Positions 23,194 through 36,692 are shown, numbered from the stretch's first letter. The stretch is 64,000 nt of DNA from Pristiophorus japonicus (GCF_044704955.1 NC_091998.1:41106001-41170000); one strand, 5' to 3'. The notes: a model not told the origin generated them from the sequence alone. Numbers and translations: made by a program.

Positions 23194-26100
23194 TAGAAAC
23201 ATAGAAACATAGAAAATAGGTGCAGGAGTAGGCCATTCGACCCTTCGAGCCTGCACCGCCATTCAACAAGATCATGGCTGATCATTCCTTCAGTACCCCT
23301 TTCCTGCTTTTTCTCCATACCCCTTGATCCCCTTAGCCGTAAGGGCCATATCTAACTCCCTCTTAAATATATCCAATGAACTGGCATCAACAACTCTCTG
23401 CAGCAGGGAATTCCACAAGTTAACAACTCTGAGTGAAGAAGTTTCTCCTCATCTCAGTCCTAAATGGCCTATCCCTTATCCTAAGGCTATGTCCCCTGGT
23501 TCTGGACTTCCCCAACATCGGGAACATTCTTCCCGCATCTAACCTGTCCAGTCCCGTCAGAATCTTATACGTTTCTATGAGATCCCCTCTCATCCTTCTA
23601 AACTCCAGTGAATAAAGGCCCAGTTGATCCACTCTCTCCTATGACAATCCCGCCATCCCTGGAATCAGTCTGGTGAACCTTCGCTGCACTACCTCAATAG
23701 CAAGAACGTCCTTCCTCAGATTAGGAGACCAAAACTGAACACAATATTCCTAGTGAGGCCTCACTAAGGCCCTGTACAAGTGCAGTAAGACCTCTCTGCT
23801 CCTATACTCAAATCCCCTAGCTATGAAGGCCAACATACCATTTGCCTTCTTTACCACCTGCTGTACCTGCATGTCCACTTTTAGTGACTGATGAACCATG
23901 ACACCCAGGTCTCGTTGCACCTCCCCTTTTCCTAATCTGCCGCCATTCAGATAATATTATGCCTTCGTGTTTTTGCCCACAAAATGGATAACCTCACATT
24001 TATCCACAATATACTGCATCTGCCATGCATTTGCCCACTCAGCTAACCTATCCAAGTCACCCTGCAGCCTCTTAGCGTCCTCCTCACAGCTCACACCACC
24101 ACCCAGTTTAGTGTCATCCGCAAACTTAGAAATATTACACAATTCCTTCATCTAAATCGTTAATGTATATTGTAAAGAGCTGGGGTCCCAGCACTGAGCC
24201 CTGCGGCACTCCACTAGTCACTGCCTGCCATTCTGAAAAGGACCCGTTTATCCCGACTCTCTGCTTCCTGTCTGCCAACCAGTTCTCCATCCACATCAGT
24301 ACGTTACCCCTCATACCATGCGCTTTGATTTTGCACACCAATCTCTTGTGCGGAACCTTGTCAAAAGCCTTTTGAAAGTCCAAATACACCACATCCACTG
24401 GTTCTCCCTTGTCCACTCTGCTAGTTACATCCTCAAAAAATTCCAGAAGATTCGCCAAGCATGATTTCCCTTTCATAAATCCATGCTGATTTGGTCCGAT
24501 CCTGTCACTACTTTCCAAATGCGCTGCTATTTCATCCTTAATGATTGATTCCAACATTTTCCCCACTACTGATGTGAGGCTAACCGGTCTATAATTACCC
24601 GTTTTCTCTCTCTCTCCTTTTTTAAAAAGTGGTGTTACATTAGCTACCCTCCAGTCCATAGGAACTGATCCAGAGTCGATAGACTGTTGGAAAATGATCA
24701 CCAATGCAGCCACTATTTCTAGGGCCACTTCCTTAAGTACTCTGGGATGCAGACTATCAGGCCCCGGGGATTTATCGGTCTTCAATCCCATCAATTTCCC
24801 TAATACAATTTCCTGCCTAATAAGGATATCCTTCAGTTCCTCCTTCTCACTAAACCCACTGTCCCCTCGTACATTCGGAAGGTTATTTGTGTCTTCCTTC
24901 GTGAAGACAGAACCGAAGTATTGGTTCAATTGGTCTGCCATTTCTTTGTTCCCCATTATAAATTCACCTGAATCCGACAGCAAGGGACCTACCTTTGTCT
25001 TCACTAATCTTTTTCTCTTCACATATTTATAGAAGCTTTTGCAGTCAGGTTTTATGTTCCCTGCTAGCTTCTTCTCGTACTCTATCTTCCCCCTCTTAAT
25101 TAAACCATTAGTCCTCCTCTGTTGAATTCTAAATTTCTCCCAGTCCTCAGGTTTGTTGCTTTTTTTTAGCCAATTTATATGCCTCTTCCTTGGCTTTAAC
25201 ACTATCCTTAATTTCCCTTGTTAGCCACGGTTGAGCCACCTTCCCCTTTTTATTTTTACTCCAGACAGGGATGTACAATTGCTGAAGTTCATCCATGTGA
25301 TCTTTAAATGTTTGCCATTGCTTATCCATCGTCAACCGTTTAAGTATCCTTTGCCAGTCCATTCTAGCCAATTCGCACCTCGTACCACCGAAGTTACCTT
25401 TCCTTAAGTTCAGGATCCTAGTTTCCGAATTAACTTTGTCACTCTCCATCTTAATAAGGAATTCTACCATATTATGGTCACTCTTCCCCAAGGGGCCTCA
25501 CACAACAAGATTACGAATTATTCCCTTCTCATTACACATCACCCAGTCTAGGATGGCCAGCTCTCTGGTTGGTTCCTTGACATATTTGTCTCGAAAACCA
25601 TCCCTAATACACTCCAGGACATCCTCCTCCACCGCATTGCTACCAGTTAGCTTAGACCAATCAATATGTAGATTAAAGTCGCCCATGATTACTGCTGTAC
25701 CTTTATTGCACACCTCCCTTATTTCTTGTTTGATGCTATCCCCAACCTCACTACTACTATTTCGTGGCCTGTACACAACTCCCACCTGCGTTTTCTGCCC
25801 TTTGGTATTCCGTAGCTCCACCCATACCGATTCCACATCATCCAAGCTGATGCCCTTCCTAACAATTGCATTGATTTCCTCTTTAATCAGCAACGCCACC
25901 CTGCCTCCTTTTCCTTTATGTCTATCCTTCCTAAATGTTGAATACTCCTGGATGTTGAGTTCCCAGCCTTGGTCCCCCTGGAGCCATGTCTCCATGATGC
26001 CAATCACATCGTATCCGTTAACTGCTATCTGCGCAGTTAATTCATCCACCTTCGAATTCCGAATACTCCTTGCATTGAGGCACAGAGCCTTCAGGCTTGT

Positions 26101-26855
26101 CTTTTTAACACACTTTGCCCCTTTAGAATTTTGCTGTAATGTGGCCCTTTTTGTTTTTTGCCTTGGGTTTCTCTGCCCTCCACTTTTACTATTCTCCTTT
26201 CTATCTTTTGCTTCTGACTCCATTTTATTTCCCTCTGTCTCCCTGCATAGGTTCCCATCCCCCTGCCATATTAGTTTAACTCCTCCCCAACAGCATTAGC
26301 AAACACTGCCCCTAGGACATTGGTTCCGGTCCTGCCCAGGTGCAGATCGTCCGGTCTGTACTGGTCCCACCTCCCCCAGAACCGGTTTCAATGTCCCAGG
26401 AATTTGAATCCCTCTCTTTTGCACCACTCCTCAAGCCACATATTCATCTGAGCTATCCTGCGATTCCTACTCTGACTAGCATGTGGCACTGGTAGCAATC
26501 CTGAGATTACTACTTTTGAGGTCCTACTTTTTAATTTAGCTCCTAGCTCCCTAAATTCGTCTCGTAGGACCTCATCCCGTTTTTTACTGATATCGTTGGT
26601 ATCTATATGCACCACAACAACTGGCTGTTCACCCTCCCTTTTCAGAATGTCCTGCACCCGCTCCGAGACATCCTTGACCCTTGCACCAGGGAGGCAACAT
26701 ACCATCCCTGGAGTCTTGGTTGCGGCCGCAGAAACGCCTATCTATTCCCCTTACAATTGAAACCCCTGTCACTATAGCTCTCCCGCTCTTTTTCCTGCCC
26801 TCCTGTGCAGCAGAGCCACCCATGGTGCCATGAACTTGGCTGCTGCTGCCCTCCC
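23194..26855 (-). mobile_element. Near-full-length CR1: ORF1 SGNH-esterase domain plus ORF2 EN-RT, disrupted
   Basis: ORF1 CLPGARVKDV...VVHIDTND; ORF2 [35 protein letters not shown]; tail at 23194. Confidence 0.97.
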
Positions 26856-27694
26856 CTTATAACGCATAAGCAGATTATTCTTGGCAATTAATAATGGAAA
26901 CTCCCTGGTATAATGTGACTGTGTAAGAATAAGTTCCTGTCCAGAAAGTAAAATCAACTTTTAGCTGAACCGTTACAGAAGAAACTGCAATTGAAAGCAT
27001 TTAGCAAGATCTGTGTTCCACCGTTGAACGTATGACATAGCTCAAAAGCAGTAATGTTGCGATTGAGCTCCACTGGTCTGCCTCACAAGTGAAATAATTA
27101 TAAATTACTGACTCCTCTACACTTAGGAATCCATGAGCTGGTAATTTCAAATGTACATAATAATCGTCCTCCTAACTTGATTGGCTTGGCCTTCCGTATT
27201 CCTTTTACACAGGGAAGGTTGTACAAATTAGCAGTCACAGAGCCTCAAAGGTTTGATTGCTGCTTCATACCGCTTGTAATGACATTAAGGCTTTTAATAA
27301 AACAGCCCTGTTAACAAAAATGTATTACTGGCTGGGAAAAGAGCTGTCATTTAATGCAGTAAATGCATAATCAGCAATTCAGCTTCAAACTATTCATTAA
27401 ATGGTTGAGTTAAGTAGCTTCAAAAACAGAGAGATACCATAATTTATAATTTAATTAAAAGAATGCAGTAATCATCAAATCATATCAGCTAGACTATCAG
27501 TAACTCCCCATTAATGATAAAGACTCGACCATATTATGTTACGCACTACTGTATAAGAAAGATTACATATGTTTTAAAGTGGCATTGCTGGTAATGTACC
27601 CATAATGTACAATGCACGGCACCTTGAGCATCCTGTTAATAGGGTATTGACTTAATCAGGGATCTCAAAGACAGGCTTCTATGTACTAACAGTA

Positions 27695-28378
27695 GGGGCC
27701 AAAATTGCCGCGCGCCAGGTTTGGAGCGCACAGTTTGAATTAAAAGAAAATTTAGCGGCGGCAAACCGGACCGCTAAATGTTCCGGAATTGGGCATTTAG
27801 AGCCAAAAGATGTTGTGTGGCGGTAACGGAGTATTAACGGAGCGTTTGCATGGCGCAACGCTCAGAGCCGCGCTGATCACAACATCTGTCACAATGTTTC
27901 TCCCCTTCTGTTAAATGGGAGGGCCACTGCGAACTTTGCAGCTGCTTCGGTGGGCCCACTGGGCCAGCAGGGAGGGTGTCAGCTTGGCCAGCGGCCCGGC
28001 ACCCGAGAGGGGGCTGCACGTTAGCGGCTCAGCCGCACCAGCGTCCACCAATGTCGGGCCGACAGCAACCACAGCTTCTCGCCCTGCGCCAACCTCGCGT
28101 CCAGCGGGGGCAATTTCCCCCGTGGGATGCAAAGGGGTCAGCGCGGGGTGATAAGGGGCCGGCTTGCACGGAGATGACGTCATCGCCATGCATGCACTGC
28201 GCCAGTGCGGTAATCGAGGGGCACGGCCTAAAGCACTTTCCGTGCTCCGAGCCCCGGGTGCGATTCCAGGGGTGAGCGCTCTGGCTGCCGCACCCGGGCA
28301 AAAACCCTTTAGCGCCCCGGTTAGCACCTCCCGGAGGAGGCACTAACAGACCTTTCTCAGAGGGGCAATTTCCGCCCC
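27695..28378. mobile_element. Harbinger-type MITE
   Basis: TIRs GGGGCCAAAATTGCC / GGCAATTTCCGCCCC; flanks GTA/ATA. Confidence 0.8.
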
Positions 28379-29117
28379 ATAGAGTTTTTGAAGAGGAAAT
28401 TGGTATCCCAAAGTGCAAAAGGATGGGTTATTGGCAATCTCAAGTAATTAAGCCTGTATATACTTGGAGGGTGCTGTTGGAATGTGGTTATTTTGGCGCA
28501 AGATACAATTGACGTGCCTCAGCGTGTTTCACTATCTTATGGGGAGAAGGAAAGCAAGAACGAGAAATGGAGAAAAACCGGGAATTGAGAAAATGGTTTC
28601 CTTCTTCAACTGGCCTTGCTTCCCAGCAGCGCCCATCTTGCTCCAGATCAGATTCAATGATAAATATGATAATGAAGCCTGGAGGAGGCGGGCGGATTTT
28701 AAGATGGATAAGCACGTGGCCTTGGGTGCGAATAGGAGATTAAAACCAGCAAAAAAGCAAGCATGTTAGAAAGCCAGCTCCAATCCACCAATCGTGTTTA
28801 ATTCGAGCGTGTTAGGCTGATTGCGCGCAACCTCCTCGGGATATGCCAATCACTCAATTGGAGCGATGTTTCAACTCACTTTGAAATTTAACAGTGCATC
28901 CACAGGTTTACTGGGCTTCCTGAAACTCACCAGTGAAGGCAAGGCGAGATCACAGCGGCAATTGAGGGGGCTGAATCAAACTCATGGAAATACTGCAATT
29001 AGTACCACTCGGTACTCACAGCTCCTTTCTTACCTGTTCGTGGGGAAGGGTTTGTTCACAGTGCTTTTGTTGAGAGGTTACTTTCTACACTTTGGAGGTT
29101 TTATGAATCACATCAGG

Positions 29118-32112
29118 ATGGGTGGTGCTTTGACTGCCTTAGGTTGGACCTCGGAGAATGACCAATATGATCCTCCTGGTAAAAGATGCTCTCTGAATGA
29201 GTGATCACAGAATGGTTGAATTTGTAATACAGTTTGAGGGTGAGGAAGTAGTGTCTCAAACGAGTGTATTAAGCTTAAACAAAGGGGACTAGAGTGGGAT
29301 GAGGAAAAAGTTGGCTGAAGTAGACTGGAATCACAGACTAAACAGTGGCACAATTGAGGAACAGTGGAGGACTTTTAAGGAGCTCTTTCATAGTGCTCAA
29401 CAAAAATATATTCCAGTGAAAAAGAAGGGCGGTAAGAGAAGGGATAACCAGCCGTGGATAACCAAGGAAATAAAGGAGAATATCAAATTAAAAACCAATG
29501 CGTATAAGGTGGTCAAGGTTAGTGGGAAACTAGAAGATTGGGAACATTTTAAACGACAGCAAAGAATGACTAAGAAAGCGATAAAGAAAGGAAAGATAGA
29601 TTACGAAAGTAAAATTGCGCAAAACATAAAAACAGATAGTAAAAGCTTTTACCGATATATAAAACGGAAGAGAGTGACTAAAGTAAATGTTGATCCCTTA
29701 GAAGATGAGAAGGGGGATTTAATAATGGGAAATGTGGAAATGGCTGAGATCTTAAACAATTATTTTGCTTCGGTCTTCACAGTGGAAGACACAAAAACCA
29801 TGCCAAAAATTGCTGGTCACGGGAATGTGGGAAGGGAGGACCTTGAGACAATCACTATCACTAGGGGGGTAGTGCTGGACAGGCTAATGGGACTCAAGGT
29901 AGACAAGTCCCCTGGTCCTGATGAAATGCATCTCAGGGTATTAAAAGAGATGGCGGAAGTTATAGCAGATGCATTCGTTATAATCTACCAAAATTCTCTG
30001 GACTCTGGGGAGGTACCAGCGGATTGGAAAGCAGCTAATGTAACGCCTCTGTTTAAAAAAGGGGGCAGACAAAAGGCAGGTAACTATAGGCCGGTTAGTT
30101 TAACATCTGTAGTGGGGAAGATGCTTGAAGCTATCATTAAGGAAGAAATAGTGGGATATCTAGATAGGAATAGTGCAATCAAGCAGACGCAACATGGATT
30201 CATGAAGGGGAAATCATGTTTAACTAATTTACTGGGATTCTTTGAGGATATAACGAGCATGGTGGATAGAGGTGTACCTATTGATGTGGTGTATTTAGAT
30301 TTCCAAAAGGCATTCGATAAGGTGCCACACAAAAGGTTACTGCAGAAGATAAAGGTACGCGGAGTCAAAGGAAATGTATTAGCATGGATCGAGAATTGGC
30401 TGGCGAACAGAAAGCAGACAGTCGGGATAAATGGCTCCTTTTCGGGTTGGAAATCGGTGGTTAGTGGTGTGCCACAGGGATCGATGCTGGGACCACAACT
30501 GTTTACAATATACATAGATGACCTGGAAGAGGGGACGGAGTGTAGTGTAACAAAATTTGCAGATGACACAAAGATTAGTGGGAAAGCGGGTTGTGTAGAG
30601 GACACACAGAGGCTGCAAAGAGATTTAGATAGGTTCAGCGAATGGGCTAAGGTTTGGCTGATGGAATACAATGTTGGAAAATGTGAGGTCATCTGCCTTG
30701 GAAAAAAAACAGTAAAAGGGAATATTATTTGAATGGGGAGAAATTACAACATGCTGCGGTGCAGAGGGACCTGGGGGTCCTTGTACATGAATCCCAAAAA
30801 GTTAGTTTGCAGGTGCAGCAGGTAATCAGGAAGGCGAATGGAATGTTGGTCTTCATTGCGAGAGGGATGGAGTACAAAAGCAGGGAGGTTCTGCTGCAAC
30901 TGTACAGGGTATTGGTGAGGCCGCACCTGGAGTACTGCGTGCAGTTTTGGTCACCTTACTTAAGGAAGGATATACTAGCTTTGGAGGGGGTACAGAGACG
31001 ATTCACTAGGCTGATTCCAGAGATGAGGAGGTTACCTTATGATGATAGATTGAGTAGACTGGGTCTTTACTCGTTGGAGTTCAGAAGGATGAGGGGTGAT
31101 CTTATAGAAACATTTAAAATAATGAAAGGGATAGACAAGATAGAGGCAAAGAGGTTGTTTCCACTGGTCAGGGAGACTAGAACTAGGGGGCACAGCCTCA
31201 AAATACGGGGGAGCCAATTTAAAACCGAGTTGAGAAGAAATTTATTTTCCCAGAGGGTTGTGAATCTGTGGAATTCTCTGCCCAAGGAAGCAGTTGAGGC
31301 TATCTCATTAAATGTATTCCAATCACAGATAGATCGATGTTTAACCAATAAGGGAATTAAGGGTTATGGGGAGCGGGCGGGTAAGTGCAGCTGAGTCCAC
31401 GGCCAGATCAGCCATGATCTTGTTGAATGGCGGAGCAGGCTCGAGGGGCTAGATGGCCTACTCCTGTTCCTAATTCTTATGTTCTTATGATCAGCAACAG
31501 CAGCAGCCTGCTGTTCGGAGACCTGTAGCTGGACAGCAAAGAGGGGAGCAGGAGAGGGGTGTAGCCTGTAGAAGGCTGTACATAGAAGGGAGTACAGACA
31601 GAGGCTGAGTTTCTTTGACATGTTCGAACAGCAGTGTTTCAGGAGGCTCAGGTTGTCGCATCAGGTGGTGGCAGACATCTACCACCTCCGAGAAGACCTG
31701 CTGTCAACGTCACCACTGCCCGCAACTTTTTAGCCTCCAGATCCTTTCAGGACTCTGTCGGAGACATATCCAGGAACTCCCAGTCGACCGCCCATAAATG
31801 CTTAAGAAAGGTGACTGATGACATGTTTGCCAGGGCCGGCAATCATGTGAACTTCGCTTGCGATGACGCAAGTCAGAATGAGCGGCCGCTTGGATTTGCT
31901 TCACGTGCTGGCTTCCGCAGGTGCAGGTCCTCATCGACTGCACACACATGGTATTTCAGGCACCCCCAGATCAACCAGGAGTATTCGTCAATCGCAAAGG
32001 CTGCCACTCCATCAATGTGCAGCTGGTGTGCAATGACAAAAAAAATAGTTATGCAGGTGTGCGCAAGATTCCCGGGGAGCTGCCTTGATGCTTTTGTCCT
32101 GCCGCAGTCTAA
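29118..32112 (+). pseudogene. Harbinger (HARBI1-like DDE) transposase remnant, split by CR1 at 29173-31485
   Basis: MGGALTALGWTSENDQYD | QQQQQP...YRQRLSFFDMFEQQCFRRLRLS...FLASRSFQ...GFPQVQVLIDCTH...NRKGCHSINVQLVC...ARFPGSCLDAFVL, read across frameshifts. Confidence 0.88.
29173..31485 (+). mobile_element. Young 5'-truncated CR1 (end of EN plus RT) with 7-bp TSD
   Basis: 477-aa and 221-aa ORFs separated by one frameshift in an A8 run (~30702; A9 in the sister copy at 63221); TATGATC at 29166-29172 and 31486-31492. Confidence 0.97.
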
Positions 32113-32337
32113 ACTAGTTCGATCATTGAAGCACTTCATGTGCTGAATACATGAGCTCGTGCTGCTGACCTCCTTGGCCACCCGCAGCCTAGCCTTCTTG
32201 GTGTCAGTAGCAGGTTTCATCATCCCATTGCTGGGGAACAGTGTCTCTCTCCAGCTCCTCACTGACACCAGCAGCACATCAAGGGAGGCGTCAGTGATCT
32301 GCGGCGCAGCCTTTGCCAGTCTCGAGTCCATTGTCAC
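32113..32337 (-). pseudogene. Harbinger Myb/SANT-like DNA-binding ORF remnant
   Basis: APQITDASLDVLLVSVRSWRETLFP...TKKARLRVAKEVSS...KCFND fits the Harbinger Myb/trihelix pattern. Confidence 0.8.
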
Positions 32338-32343
32338 ACCATA

Positions 32344-33008
32344 GGGGAGAAATTAGGTCGCGCCTCTGTTCTAGCGTTAATCGAGGGGGAGCGGTACTCG
32401 AAAAAGTTTGCATTTCCCGCCCAGAAATTCGTCAGAATCGGTTAAAGAGTTGACAGGGGCGCTAAATCAACCATTGCACACCAGAGCTGGGGGGGCGCTA
32501 ACGAAAATGCTGGCGCTAAATTTAACCGAGTCATTGCACAGGCACCAAACTCCGACTCAGATCACAGAAAAAGCCGAATCTTAAAGGCGCGACATAGTAA
32601 TGCACACATTAAAGTTTTCAAAATCACCTTTTCTCAAACCGAGTTCTTATTTCTGTCTGCCGCTGCAAACTCGGAGGCTCACGCAGCGTGCTGTGTGTAA
32701 ACATTGCACTGACTGTGACCTCCGAGGGAAGTGCTTCCTCATCCCTTTAAGTAGCCGCCAGTTAACGACTCTGTAAGCCTGTACTGACTGTTTTTCCCGA
32801 CGTTGTTCTTGGCGGCCGCTAAATGAGGAGGCCGCCCCTAATTTACCGACCAGGGTGCAAGCGTGGATGTTGCACCAGGACTGACGTCAGGATCGCACTG
32901 ATCGTCAGCGGTCAGTCACTACTGGTTTGCACCCCCAATGAGCCTCTAATGAATTTTCGGTCGGAGCATTAAAAGCTAGGCTCCCGGTCGGTGACCTCTT
33001 ACGCTCCC
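32344..33008. mobile_element. Harbinger-type MITE nested just upstream of the Myb-like ORF
   Basis: Imperfect TIRs GGGGGAGAAATTAGGTCGC / GTGACCTCTTACGCTCCC; flanks ATA/ATT. Confidence 0.6.
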
Positions 33009-33967
33009 ATTAACACCCACTCTGGCCGCTAACTGAGGCATTCGACAACCAAAAATCCAGTCCCTTGTCTTGCCTTGTTTCAAGCTCCAACTCCTCCAAA
33101 TTCCATCTTCGCAGTGGCTCTTTAAATACTAGAGTTGAAATTGCGTCATGCGGGTCCTCATCATGCCTGCCACCGCACATTGGACGCAAACCCAAAAGTA
33201 AAATGCCAATGAGCCACTGACAGATGTGCTGCACTTTCGTCCGGGTTTCCCACGCAATATCGGTACCGCCCCCCCCCTCCACATCCACCGCTCCCATTTC
33301 GTCTCCGAGTTAATATCGGGGTCTTAGATTCTATTACAATGCCACTTCAGAAATGGGGTGGTTTCAGATGGTTGGAAATGACCATCTATGGCGTGGTTCG
33401 TCCTCTCACATTGAAAATGACAGGCCCAGTGCGGGAGCAAGACTGTACTCTGCTTGTAATTAATAACTTGCTTTTTAACCGACAGATTGTTGGAGGTAGA
33501 ATCACAATGTTCGCATGATGATATTATCTCCAATTAAGGCATACTGCTCTTTTGACATAGGTAGGTTTCAACGAGTAATTTTATATTTTAAAGCAAAATT
33601 TGCAAAATCATTGTTATTAATAAAACATGATTAATAAAACAGGTCAAAATCTGCTGCTTTTTATCTTTGGATCCTCAGTCCCATTCCATCCCATACATAT
33701 GCATAGTTACACACTTGAGTAAGGAAAGGTAACTCTTCAATTTTCATTGAACCCTCAGCCACCAATTTAATTAGAACAAATATTGGTCTCGAAATTGCTG
33801 AAATTCATCTGGTATCATTATTTTTTTTAATTAAATATTTTAAAATTGCAGATATTAATAGTTAGTGCAATATCTGTGTAATGTCTCTGTTTTCTGCAGT
33901 GAAATCTGAACTTTAGTTTGGTGTCACAGAGAATCTCTGCAGGCATTTTTTGTGCAATTGTACAACA

Positions 33968-34302
33968 TGAAAGAAAGACTTGCATTTCTATAGCGCATTC
34001 AAAGACCTCAGGACGTCCCAAAACACATTAGGTTAGTTGAGGGATAAATATTGCACGGGACACCGGGGAGAACTCCCCTGCTCTTCTTTGAAATAGCACC
34101 ATGGAATCTTTTACATATACCTGAGAGGGCAGACGGGGCCTCAGTTTAACAATTCATCCAAAAGACAGCATCTCCGACAGTGCGGCATTCCCTCAGCACT
34201 GCACTGAAGTACCAGCCTAGATTTTTGTGCTCAAGTTTCTGGAGTGGGATTTGAACCCACAACCTTTTGACTCAGGGGTGAGAATGCTGAGCCACAGCTG
34301 AC
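33968..34302 (-). mobile_element. DeuSINE with internal deletion
   Basis: Head (B box GGGTTCAAATCCC) and tail present on the minus strand. Confidence 0.88.
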
Positions 34303-34828
34303 CCATGCCATTGTGTATGTTTATACATTGTGTACGTTTATACGTCCTGTGATTCCTCCTGAAATAAAATATGGGAACAAGGGAAAAAAGGATGTTGTTC
34401 CATAATAAATGACTAACCCATTAATTTCCAAAATAAACGTTCTCTTGTTTCTTTGCTAAAAATGTACATTTGGGCCCCAGCTTTACGATCACATGATAAA
34501 GGACATGAAAAGACCAAAAGCATATCAAGCCTATCCCATCCCATCATTAGAAGCACCATCAACTCCCCCGCAACCCCTCACCCCCAAGATAAAAGCTTCG
34601 GGACATCTATCGAAAAAACTCTGGGAAACTCCTGAAGACAGTTAAGCAAGCTCTACGAGATCATTGGCAACTGATATCACTAGGTCTCGTTAACCAATCA
34701 ACTTTCTTGAACTTTAGATGTCATCCAAGTGCAGAAACTTGTTCGACTCCACACTCACTGTACACATTGACAAGCTATTTCAGAGGTTGATGATTGCCTG
34801 GGAAAAAAAGCATTTTCTGAAAACTAAC

Positions 34829-36081
34829 ATGTTTGACAAATTTGCTGGAGTTCTTTGAGGATGTAATGAACAGGGTGGATAAAGGGGAACCAGTGGATGT
34901 GGTGTATTTGGACTTCCAGAAGGCATTTGACAAGGTGCTACATAAAAGATTACTGCACAAGATAAAGGCTCACGGGGTTGGGGATAATATATTAGCATGG
35001 ATAGAGGATTGGCTAACTAACAGAGAACAGAGAGTCGGGATAAATGGTTCATTCTCTGGTTGGCAACTAGTAACGTGGGGTGCCGCAGGGATCAGTGCTG
35101 GGATCCCAACTATTTACAATCTATATTAACGATTTGGAAGAAGGGACTGAGTGTAATGTAGCCAAGTTTGCTGACGATACAAAGATGGGAGGAAAAGCAA
35201 TGTGTGAGGAGGACACACAAAATCTGCAAAAGGACATAGACAGGCTAAGTGATTGGGCAAAAATTTGGCAGGTGGAGTATAATGTTGGAAAGTGTGAGGT
35301 CATGCACTTTGGCAGAAAAACTCAAAGAGCAAGTTATTATTTAAATGGAGAAAGATTGCAAAGTGCCGCAGTACAGCGGGACCTGGGGGTTCTTGTACAT
35401 GAAACACAAAAGGATAGTATGCAGGTACAGCAAGTGATCAGGAAGGCTAATGGAATCTTGGCCTTTATTGCAAAGGGGATGGAGTATAAAAGCAGGGAAG
35501 ACTTGCTACAGATATTGGTGAGGCCACACCTGGAATACTGCATGCAGTTTTGGTTTCCATATTTACGAAAGGATATACTTGCTTTGGAGGTGGTTCAGAG
35601 AAGGTTCACTAAGTTGATTCCGGGGATGAGGGGGTTGACTTATGAGGAAAGGTGATTAGGTTGAGCCTCTACTCATTGGAATTCAGAAGAATGAGAGGTG
35701 ATCTTATTGAAACGTATAAGATTATGAGGGAGCTTGACAAGATGGATGCAGAGAGGATGTTTCCACTGATGGGGGAGACTAGAACTAAGGGCATGATATT
35801 AGAATAAGGAGCCGCCCATTTAAAACAGAGATGATGAGAAATTTCTTCTCTCAGAAGGTTGTAAATCTGTGGAATTCACTGCCTCAGAGAGCTGTGGAAG
35901 CTGGGATATTGAATAAATTTAAGACAGAAATAGACAGTTTCTTAAACGATAAGGGGATAAGGGGTTCTGGGGAGTGGGCAGGGAAGTGGAGCTGAGTCCA
36001 TGATCAGATCAGCCATGATCTTATGAATGGCAGAGCTGGCTCGAGGGGCCGAATGGCCTACTCCTGTTCCTTTTTCTTATG
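34829..36081 (+). mobile_element. CR1 RT/3' fragment (same subfamily as 2009-4605)
   Basis: [10 protein letters not shown]...FADDTK...; shared diagnostic HETQKDSMQVQQ; tail at ~36075. Confidence 0.96.
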
Positions 36082-36149
36082 TAACCCAACTATACTTTTG
36101 TAACTTGTACTGACGCATCTTAACCCTTTTCTGCATTTTAACTCAAGTG

Positions 36150-36692
36150 AAAAGGAAAAACTTGCATTTCTTCTTCTTCTTAGGCGGTCCCTCGAATTGA
36201 GGATGACTTGCTTCCACACCAAAACGGATGTGTTCATTGAGTTCACAGGTGTTTCAATTAAGGACCTAATATTCCAGGTCTCGAATTACATATTGAAGAG
36301 TGAAAGATGCTTGTGCGTGGATTTTTTTAACTTGCATTTATATACGTGCAAAAGCACTTTACAGCTAATGAAATACTTTTTGAAGTGTAATCACTGTGTA
36401 ATCTAGGAAACATGGCAGACAATTTATATACAGCAAGGTCTGTTTTAATTATGTTAGTTGAGTGATAACTATTTACCAGCATGCCAGGGAGAACTACCCT
36501 GCTCGTCTTTGAAATAATGCCATGAGATCTTTTACGTCCATCTGAAAGACGGCACCTCCGACAGTGCAGCACTCCCTCAGTACTACACTGGAATGTCAGC
36601 CTAGATTTTGTACTCAAGTCTCTGGAATGGGACTTGAACCCACAACCTTCCGACTCACTCTTCTAAATGGTACCACTGAGCCACAGCTGACA
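36150..36692 (-). mobile_element. DeuSINE with a short insertion in its tail
   Basis: Head GTCAGCTGTGGCTCAGTGGTA and B box GGGTTCAAGTCCC on the minus strand. Confidence 0.85.
36170..36328 (-). mobile_element. Short RTE-tailed retroelement with (AAG)n tail and 11-bp TSD
   Basis: GGAAGCAAGTCATCCTC...GAGGGAC.GCCTA end shared with the RTE at 22.7 kb; AACTTGCATTT at 36159-36169 and 36329-36339. Confidence 0.85.

Larger units (their letters stand above)
28464..33323 (+). mobile_element. Internally deleted PIF/Harbinger DNA transposon carrying nested CR1 and MITE insertions (outer bounds approximate)
   Basis: Convergent transposase and Myb/SANT-like remnants; CpG-rich flanks; terminal TIR pair not established. 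Confidence 0.7.

Noticed and set aside
30084-30692. Long antisense ORFs over CR1 (also 25436-26299 and 59880-60467)
   Set aside because: Recurrent antisense shadows of CR1 ORF2
31634-32146. Domesticated HARBI1 gene
   Set aside because: Frameshifted, truncated, interrupted by a CR1 and adjacent to a Myb-like ORF, so a transposon copy
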